A stretch of DNA of 64,000 bases from the human T2T-CHM13v2.0 reference genome, Homo sapiens, in the NCBI RefSeq assembly GCF_009914755.1, contig NC_060925.1. One strand, 5' to 3'. Positions 54,813 through 64,000 of the stretch are shown here, piece by piece; positions within the stretch are counted from its first letter, which is position 1, and the number at the start of each line of letters is the position of its first letter. The translations under genes and the position numbers were made by a program. The notes under the pieces are model-generated. The model ran no database searches and was not told the origin of the DNA. It saw nothing but the letters and a program-made list of their open reading frames with translations.

Positions 54813-56789
54813 TGTCCATAGCCTTTAACATTGTGGCACTGGCGGGAGAGCCCTTCCCTGACCCACAGCCTGTGAGGACTCACTTATTGGCCATGTAGGG
54901 GCTTGCAGTCCATCCCCTCAGCTTCCTCCCAGGGCTTAAGGGCAGTGGGAAGTGAAAAGAAGTTCCCGGCTCCATCGGCGTCCTGCTGCCGAGCAGCAGC
55001 TGTGTGCAGCTTCTTGTCAAAGTCAAAATAAACCTGACATAGAGATTCGGAGTCACAGCTCCGGGATGTGGAGATCTGTGCTGGATTATCCCTGCTGTGT
55101 CGCCACAGACAGAGCAGCATGGGGAGAGGGAGTGCGGGGAGAGGACGACACTGAGAGAGAGGCGAAAATGAGGAACACCTGCGGGATTTGCTATTTCCAA
55201 ATCTCCATTAGCAGAAAGACAACGTGAATGAGTGGGCATGCTCAGCACGCTGCCAGGAAAGAGCCTCCCGTGCACTTGTCTGGAGATTAAGGCTTCCTCC
55301 GCGCCCCCAGCCTTGTTCCTGCTTGGGAGGCTGAGCTGAGAAGCCAAGTGTGCATCCCCAGACCACTCAGGAGCAAATGCTTCCCATCTTTCCTGGTCCT
55401 CCCAAAGAAGGAGCCTGGAAAGCTCTCAGGAATAGCCCAGGACACGGCAACTGTGGCAGAGCAAGACCGAGGCAGAGAGCGTGCTGAGGAAGGGGCGCCC
55501 AGCATCAGCCTGGACCTCGGCTGATGTTGAAGGCCCCACTGAGCTACAGAGTGGAATTAGTGCTGCTTTTCTCTATCTACCCTGCGGCATTTATTTCTCC
55601 AATAGGGAGTGCACATGAGTCCCTTGAGTTTGGGCAGAACCATCAGCCCAGCAATGCTCTCTTTATGACTCCATTTACCTCTCAGAGCACCCCTGCGTGC
55701 TTATCTGTTCTCCACCTCTCCTTCCCTATAAGATCCAGCTCCTGCCTCAACATCTCTCTTTTCTTCCTACCTTCAAATCTGGACAAGAAGAGCACAGGGC
55801 AGGGAACACCTGGATAGTTCTACAAAGGGTAAAACTGACAAACTGCCATTACTTGCCCCAGCTCCACAGTACAAACACTCAGCTGAATGTTACAACATGA
55901 CCTGTGTCTGTGTGAGGGTGCCTGATATGAGTCTATGCAGGCGGGTGTCTCTCACAGCTTAGGCAGCACCATAGCGGAAAATTCAATGCCTTGCTGAGAT
56001 GCTGCAAAGGCTGGCTCATAAATATCTTTAACTACCAAATGGTCTAGAAATTTTTAATAAAAATATTATTCAATAATAATACTACTCCAACCGGCAAGGG
56101 AATGTTGTAAGAGTCTCCATTTTCCTCTGGACACTCATCTGGCTTCTGTTTTTAAAATGGATTTGGATGTTAAATCCTCTTGCTGCCCTGACCAATTTAT
56201 TCTGCAAATTAACTATATCTGACAGAACTTAAAGTCCGTTACCATTTAGCTTTGCCTCACTGAAATTTATGCTGCTTCCCTGCCTGCTGGAGCCACAGGC
56301 CCAAATAGACATGGCTCTTGGTGGCGATTTGGGATTCTGCACGGTTCTCTCACCGCTTAGTCCTCATCTCTTGAGTTTTAAAATGTGCTGAGTGGATCAG
56401 GCTCTTTTCACCTCTCGGTGACCTGTGCCCTCTGTTTTAAAATACTCTGGTCTCTGCAGCTGCCTCTCCCAGCCTTAATGAAGCTTTCATTACGAGATGT
56501 GGTTTCACCCAGAGCTGCAACCCAAACTGGTTGGTGAGGGAGATTCATGTGGCTCTGACTGGGTTGCAGTACCATTCGCAAATGGTACAGACAGCTGGAC
56601 ATGGAAGGAAACAAAGGGGACAAAAGGAAGAGACCAGTGATGTGAGGGCCATGGCCACTAGGCCGAGGGATGGATCTCAGATTGAATTAAAAGAGCCTGG
56701 TGACTAAGGTGACACAGAGAAATGGTGCTGTGGCAAGCCATATACCAGCAGTTGGTTTACCTCTGGGTGCCTCAAGCTGAGAGTGACTC

Positions 56790-57000
56790 TGGCAGTGAGG
56801 ATTGTAGGGCATCTGGAGCCAGTGCCATATGAACAATGGTTGAAGGAACTGGGGGAGTTTAGAATGGATACAAGGAGACTTGGAGACAGACTTAGCAGCT
56901 GTCTCTTTAAATATTTGAAGGGTTGTCACGTGGAGACAGGACCACATGAATTCTGTGTATTTTCAGAGAGCAGAATTAGGATCCAAAGAGAGAAATGATG
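56790..57000 (+). mobile_element. L3/CR1 LINE fragment (end of ORF2)
   Basis: The ORF-track peptide GHLEPVPYEQWLKELGEFRMDTRRL...FKYLKGCH matches the CR1 motif [36 protein letters not shown]. Confidence 0.8.
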
Positions 57001-57229
57001 AGAAGAGTTTACTGAGCCACAGGTTTTCACTGAGTGCCAACATGTGTCAGAAACAGTGCTCAGTGCTCCATAAGGAAAGTACTCTGATAAATAAGAAATA
57101 ATGCTCATTTTCCAGTTTGCAAGGGGTGGGGCAGACAGAAGAGTAGACAATGATATGATAAGAGGTGTTATTAGTGGCATGGGACAGGGGATTTTGCTTA
57201 CACAGGAGGAAGTATTAAAATCTACTTTG

Positions 57230-57527
57230 CGATGGGCCTCGTGGTTCATGCCTGTAATCCTAGCACTTTAGGAGGCTGAGGTGGGCAGATCGTTTGAGGT
57301 CAGGAGTTCAAGACCAGCCTGGCCGACAAGGTAAAACCCCATCTCTACAAAAAATATGAAAATTAGCCAGGCGTGGTGGTGTGTGCCTATAATCCCAGCT
57401 ATTCGGGAGGCTGAGGCAGGAGAGTCACTTGAACCTGAGAGGCGGAGGTTGCAGTTGTGCCACTACGCTCCAGCCTGGGTGACAGAGTGTGACTCTCTCT
57501 CAAAAAAAAAAAAAAAAAGAAAAAAAT
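57230..57527 (+). mobile_element. AluS with a degraded 5' end and a small right-arm deletion
   Basis: Alu consensus; TSD core tctactttg at 57221-57229 and 57530-57538. Confidence 0.9.
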
Positions 57528-58788
57528 ATTCTACTTTGGTGGGGGAGGTAGGCTAAAGGAAGATGTGTGATTTCTTTCAGGATAATTTTTGTGATAGTTT
57601 ATAGCTGGTATAAATTAGGAGAGATGCCTTAGAGATGGTGAACCCTTGACTAGCACAAGTATTCATGTAGAAGCATTCATATAGAAACCAGTCAATCACT
57701 TGCCAGGGATGCCAGAGCAGAGGGAACATTCCAGAGAATGAGTTCTATTTTCCTTTTAACAGCCAAATGTTAAAGTTCTATTATTGTATGACCTGATCTG
57801 CTCAGTATTTCCCTAAATCCATGGAGCTGGAGAATCTGCATTTTATCAGGCACTCCAAGTGATTCTGACTTAGGCCATCTTCAGATAACATGTTGAGATC
57901 CACCACCCTGGACAAAGGTAATTTATTAAATATGGTCAGAACGCTTTTTATAAATCTTATAAATAACCCCAATATGTAAGACAGATAAAGGGGGGAATAT
58001 ACTCCTTAGGCATTTAATATCATTACTGTTTGGTAAAAAGAAACAACTCCATTGTTGATGCAGCTATTCCAGCATCTACTCAAATCCCCAGGGTACAAGT
58101 GGCCTGATTTGAAAACTACTGACGTTCGTCTGAACTGTCCTACAAGTAACCAAAAGTATTACTTCACAAGCACTTTGCTTCTTGAATTTTTCTAGACAAA
58201 AAGCACTGTTCAGTCAGTCCTGCTTTAGGGGGAAATAATGCAAGTCAGAAAACTTTTATATACTTGACCAAAGAATAGATCTACATAATCATGCAAGTTC
58301 ACCTTCTTGTCAAGAAGGGACTTCCTGGAGAAGTTAGAGAAGAAGGCAACACCCCTGTAGACAGCCCCATTCAATGGGATGAACCCCTACAACACAGAAC
58401 ACAGGGAGGGGCAGACAGAGAAGCCAGATCTAATGCTCTCCTCCAGACAATGGCTGGAAAGGCATGTATGAGTTAAGAGATTACAGTATCAACTCATCCC
58501 ATTCCACTGCCATGAAGAAAACTTTATCATTATGTCCAAAAGAAGGTGCTGTGGTTTTAGGTCACCTTCCTGCACTTTTAACAACAGTAGATATTAAAAC
58601 AATTACAAACCTAAAACAGCATAACTGCGTGGTCCCTTTACAGGCCCCTACTGAGGAAGGTGGAAGCTGTTATGATCATAGGAGGGCCCACTTGGCAGTT
58701 ACGATCACCAATAAAGATGGCTACCTTGTTACTTTGCCCTCTAAAGCTTCTGCCACCAGGACTTCCTTTAATATCTAACTCTCTTATG

Positions 58789-58815
58789 CAACACACACAC
58801 ACACACACACACACA
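58789..58815. repeat. (CA)n microsatellite
   Basis: Seen directly. Confidence 0.9.
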
Positions 58816-61219
58816 GAGTTAGCTTTTTAATTAAAGAAATTACTGGATGAAGGTTGACTAAGGAGCAACAGCAGCAGCCATAGCAGCAAACAGACAGCCA
58901 GGCAGACATACAGACCTGGCCCTGCTCAGCCAATGTGCCAGCAGAGGCTCACACACCCACTGGCAAATGAGGACATGGTCTATAAGAAGACCAAGTCTCT
59001 GAGACTCCTGAGTTTGGACAGCAGGTGATATCAGGAAAGCAGACCCACATCTGGCCCTAGAAAGAAAGGAGAAGGCAGGAGAGAGATGCAGCAGCCCCGT
59101 CATGTCTGAGTAAGCAGCCAAGGCAGAGGCTATAGCATATCATATCCCAGGCCAACCCCTCAGCTGGCAAAGATGTCTTCACCTGGAATTCCTTATCTCA
59201 TGGCACAAGGCAGTCAGCCTTGGGTTCACATTCAAAGCTCTGAGACATCATAAGATGCTTAATCTCTTTGGCCTTCAGTTGCCATATCTGTAGAATGGGT
59301 TAATAACAGAACTCATCTCACACTGTTATTCTGAAGGTTAAATGGGATAATACATGCCAGGCCCTTAGCATGGCTTCTGGTATGTAAGCTCTTGATGGTA
59401 GGAGCCATTCTTCACCATTTTATCCTTATCACCTAGTACAGTCTTGGCAACCAGAAGGTATAAACGTGTGATTAATTAAAAAAAAATAGCAATGCTCAGA
59501 AAGAAAACAAGAATCTCTATACACTAGACACTGAACAAGAACATTTAGTAGTAAATAAAGGCTAAATTTGTAGGCTTCACGTCTGCAAGAATGGAGCCCA
59601 CCAAGGCTCCATTGGCCAGTGAGGCCAATTCCTGCATAATAAAGGGGCCAGAAGTCTCCTACAGTGGTGGTGAACCAAAGCCAAGCCCAGAGGGTGAAAG
59701 TAGGATTAGGAAAGTCTCCACCACTTGCCCCCCAAAATGTGGCTGAAGAAGTCTTCACCCAGTCCAGGTCTCTGACAGCATCAAGTTGGGTGCCTGTGCT
59801 GGCAGGAGGGAGCAGACTATGGGCCCACATGAACTCTGCTTCAGGCCTGGAGCCACACAGTCCCCGACAGCCTCACAGGTTGAGAAAGAGGGAAGGAAAA
59901 GATGATGTTAAATGCATAACTAGTTGGTGACAATGGGCTTCCATGTAAAGTTTTGATGCATGAGATCTATCAGAAGATGTGGCTATTTTGCATAATGGTG
60001 GCATCTCAGACATTCTCATTGTTGCAGGCATGCTTGTTTAGAATGACATGATGCCTGTGGTTCCAAAGGGACCCTCAAGGCTGGCAACCATTCTCTCTAG
60101 GAGTTGGGTGATCCTTTAATTTATATTAAGGGGAAAATGGGTAAAAAAGATGCTGCTGATCATCCTGAGCTTTAGCTCCTTCAAATAAAAATGCAACACT
60201 AGCAGAACAGAATTAAATTTTGGTCCCCCAAGCCAACCTTTTTTGTTACAAAAGATTTCTCCCTGAAATGTAACACTAGTTGGATGGTGCTCGCATGGGG
60301 TGAATGGTATATAAATGACAGCCTCTGAAGACCTCCATCCTAAATCTTGAATAACTATTTATGATACTTAGCTGTTAGTACTAACAGAGTGCCAAGATTT
60401 CTAGATTCTTTTTAATTTTCACAGAGAAGAGAAAAAGCCTATCCCTCCTAGGTATCAGTAAGACCCTGGGCGTATCTTTCCACTGTCTAAGTCTGGAATC
60501 ACAAACCCACAGAAAAATACAGAAAATAAGCCACTCAGCTACATTATGTCATGAACTCTATTTCCAAGGCTTGTAGCGATATAGGATTTTGTATTTAATT
60601 TTTCATTCCTACAGTAACAAGCCTACTAAAGCCTAGTCTAGAGTCAAACAAACCACACAATGGAATGCCTGCCTCTGCATGTATGTTTGTGCATGCAACC
60701 ATCCCCCAACAAAACACCCCCAATTCCAGGAAATTAAATGGCGTTGTGAAAACTGAGAGAACAAAACCCTTCTAAATGGTTGATAAGAAAATTCACTGCT
60801 ATATTTCCAAATTTCTGAGTTGCATCTAACATTTTATTTTCAGAAGCAGTAAGAAGCGAATGTTATCAAGAAGCAACCAATGCTGGAATTTTGCACGTAT
60901 CCTGGTAAGCACCTATCTCAAGCTTGTTACTATTATTTCTGTTTTTGAGTGCACATCTTTTTAGGCCTTTCTTGTGCTTCCGTCCTCAGTCTCCCAGGGC
61001 TTTGTTTCCATCAAAAAGTTTGTTGACAGCAGTGAAAAGTCAGAAGACCCTAACAAACCCCACTCAATTGGGTAGAGCAAATACAAAGTTATTGAATGTC
61101 CACTCACAAGATACGATGCTGGTCTTCCAAATATGCCAATATGAATTATGTGTAATCTCTACATTCAATGGATGTAATATCTTGTTGAAGAGATAAGACA
61201 GACACTCAGAATATAAGCA

Positions 61220-62720
61220 CAGTCACACATTGCTTAATGACAGGGACACATTCTGATAAATGCATCATTAAGTGAGTTCATCATCAATGCGTACATCACA
61301 GAGTGTCTTCACACAAACCTAGATGGTATAGCCTGCCACACACCTAGGTATATGGTGTAGCACAGGGGTCCCCAACCCCCAGGCCATGACTGGTACCAGT
61401 CCATGGACTGTTAGGAACCGAGCTGCACAGCAGGAAGTGAGCGGTGGGTGAGAGAGCATGAACACCTGAGCTCCACCTCCTGTCACATCAGCGGTGGCAT
61501 TAGATTCTCATAGAAATGCAACTCTATTGTGAACTGCACATGCAAGGGATCTAGTTGTGTGCTTCTTATGGGAATCTAATGATAAATGTAATGCTCTTGA
61601 ATCATCCCCAAACCATCCCCTCTGACCTGTCCATGGAAAAATTGTCTTCTATAAAACCCGTCCCTGGTGCCAAAAAGGTGGGGGATCACTGGTGTAGCAT
61701 ATTGTTCCTAGGCTATAAACCTGTACAACATGCTACTGTACTGAATTCTGTAGGCAATTGTAACACATGTAAGTATTTGTATGTCTAAACATAGAAAAGG
61801 TACTGTAATAACATGGTATAAAAAGATAAAAAATGGTCCACCTGTAAAGGGCACTTACCGTGATTGGAGCTTCCAGGACTGGAAGCTGCCCTGGGTGAGT
61901 CAGTGGGTGAGTGGTGAGTGAATGTGAAGGCCTAGGGCATTACAGTACACTCCTGCAGACTTTAGAAACACTGGACACTTAGGCTACACTAAATTTACTT
62001 TTGTTTTTCTTTCTGCAATAATAAATTAACTTTAGCTTACTATAAGTTTTTTACTTCATAAACTTTTTAATATTTTAAATGTGTTCACTCTTTTGTAATA
62101 ACACTGAGCTTAAAACACAAATTGCACAGCCATATGAAAATATTTTTTCTTTATACACTATTGTATATGCTTTTCTCTATTTTTTAAATTTTTATTTTTT
62201 TATTTTTTTTACTTTGTAAACTTTTTTGTTAAAAACGAAGACACAAACAAATACATTAGCATTGTTTTCCACCTCCATATCTTGTCCCACTGGCAGGTCT
62301 CTAGGGGCAGTAAGATGCTTGGAGCTGTCATCTCCTGAAATAACAATGCCATCTTCTGAACTACCTCCTGGAAGACCTGCCTGAGGCTGTCTTACAGTTA
62401 ACCTTTAAAAAATGAGTACACTCTAAAATAATGATAAAAAGCATAGTATCAGAAATATGTAAACCAGTAACTGCCATTTATTATCAGGTATTACGTACTG
62501 TACATAATTGTGTGTGTTAGACTTTTATACGACTGGCAGCGCAGTAGTTTTGTTTACACCAACATTACCACAGACATGAGAGTGACGCATGATGCTGTAA
62601 CATTACAATGGCTACATCACTCAGTGGCAGAAATTTTTCAGCTACATTACGATCTTATGGGACCACTGTCATATACGTGGGCTTGCATTGACCAAAATGT
62701 TGTTATGTGACAAATGATGG
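61220..62720. mobile_element. Tigger3/Golem-family non-autonomous DNA transposon
   Basis: Left end cagtcacacattgcttaatgac...ttctgataaatgcatc; internal acacaaacctagatggtatagcct; right end gaccaaaatgttgttatg. Confidence 0.85.
61363..61691. mobile_element. MER1B (hAT-Charlie) nested in Tigger3
   Basis: TIRs caggggtccccaacc / ggtgggggatcactg; perfect 8-bp TSD gtgtagca at 61355-61362 and 61692-61699. Confidence 0.9.
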
Positions 62721-62854
62721 TGCTCTTTAATAAAATATCAAATAAGGACCAGATTATATCAGGAGACGTATGCAAGGGAAGAATCATTGAGAAGGAAGCT
62801 TTTGGGATAGGCTCAAGGATACAGGCATCTTTAATAACAAGAGCTACCATCTAT

Positions 62855-63183
62855 GGTGGAAGTCAGCAAACTTTTTCTGTAAAGAATCAGATAGGAAATA
62901 TTTTTGGCCATGCAGTCTCTGTTGCAACTACTCAACTGTGCCTTTGTAGTGCAAACACAGCTATGGGTATTATGTAAACAAATGCACATGGCTCTGCTTC
63001 AATAAAACATTATTTATGGATGGTAAAATTTATTTATGATGTTCATGGCACATAATATTGTTTTTCTTTCTTAGTTTTATCTTTCAATCATTTAAAAAGG
63101 TAGAACCCATTCTTAGCTTGAGGGCCATATAAAAACAGGTAGCAGACCAGATTTGCCTGCAGGTCATAATTTGCTGACCCCTG
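62855..63183. mobile_element. MER58 (hAT-Charlie)
   Basis: gtcagcaaactttttctgtaaag...ctgttgcaactactcaact...tttgctgacccctg. Confidence 0.8.
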
Positions 63184-64000
63184 ACTGTTCATTAAAAATA
63201 AATGCTTTAGTATACCCATTCTCATTGAATTCTTAGACCTGCTCTTTGAGGCAGGTATACTCATTTCCATTTTCTAGATATCCAAGATGAAGTTTAGAGA
63301 ACTTAGGTCATACGGATTTCAAAGGCCTTTCTTTTAACCACTAAGCTATACTACCTCCCATAATGGTAAGGAACACAGGGGGATGGTGGAATGAGTAGGT
63401 TTTCTTTAGCCAAAGGAATTTAAAAATCTAAAAGTAGTTTTAACAAAGAATATGAGGCTTGCTATCATGGCTTTCTCATAGCAAGCTCATTTTAGATCTC
63501 TGCGATTACTACATTCTCTGTTTTCACAAGTCAAGCACAGGAAAGATATAATGTTAATAAGCTCTACTTTTCAGAATATAATATTCCCCCATATTTGAAG
63601 AAAAAAGAACAGCCTTCTAGCATTTGTTCCAACTTCTCTCCACCATCCATGATCCCACGGAAGGTCGTGCCCACCCCTGCAGGTAACAGGTATGCTTGAA
63701 GATCTTGCTCTCCCCTGCTGGAAGATCAAATTCTATCAAAGTTGCCCATTTCTCTCTTTCCTTCTCTCACTGATTTAAGCAACAATTCTCTCTTACTTGG
63801 CTTCCTTGCTTTCTTCTTGTTTAAAGGTAATTTTATGTGTCAGAGAGAATGGAAGGAAGACAGGGGTTGCCATGTTCTCTCCATTACCTATTAAGATTAC
63901 AGGAGGTGGTGATTTCAATTCTTCTTTGGTCCTCTTCTTTCTCTAAACACAGCTAAAATGTCCTTTATACTGTCTGTGGGTTTTTTCACAAATGTAGGAT

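Overview
Human/great-ape genomic DNA covering the 3' part of ASTN1 (astrotactin 1) on the minus strand. Seven coding exons (45500 down to 14956) splice with canonical GT-AG sites and consistent phases into the ASTN1 C-terminus ending ...[11 protein letters not shown] ~3.2 kb 3'UTR follows, with an AATAAA at 11758-11763. Exon numbers 17-23 are from memory of the 23-exon gene model. The next upstream exon is outside the window, so 45501-64000 is all one intron. The rest is interspersed repeats (Alu, MIR, L2, L3/CR1, THE1/MLT1/ERVL LTRs, MER and Tigger DNA transposons); repeat subfamily names and edges were assigned by eye. Almost all ORF-track entries are chance ORFs. The main unexplained structure is a ~350-bp-per-arm inverted repeat (46478-46837 / 47297-47647) that I cannot assign to any repeat family. 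It lies ~1 kb upstream of the exon-17 acceptor and predicts a very long intronic dsRNA. It sits beside a CpG-retaining region with a consensus CTCF site. Other points of interest: three alternative C-termini from one splice donor, divergent CTCF motifs, and an inverted-Alu-flanked 555-nt exon block that would form a stop-free circle.
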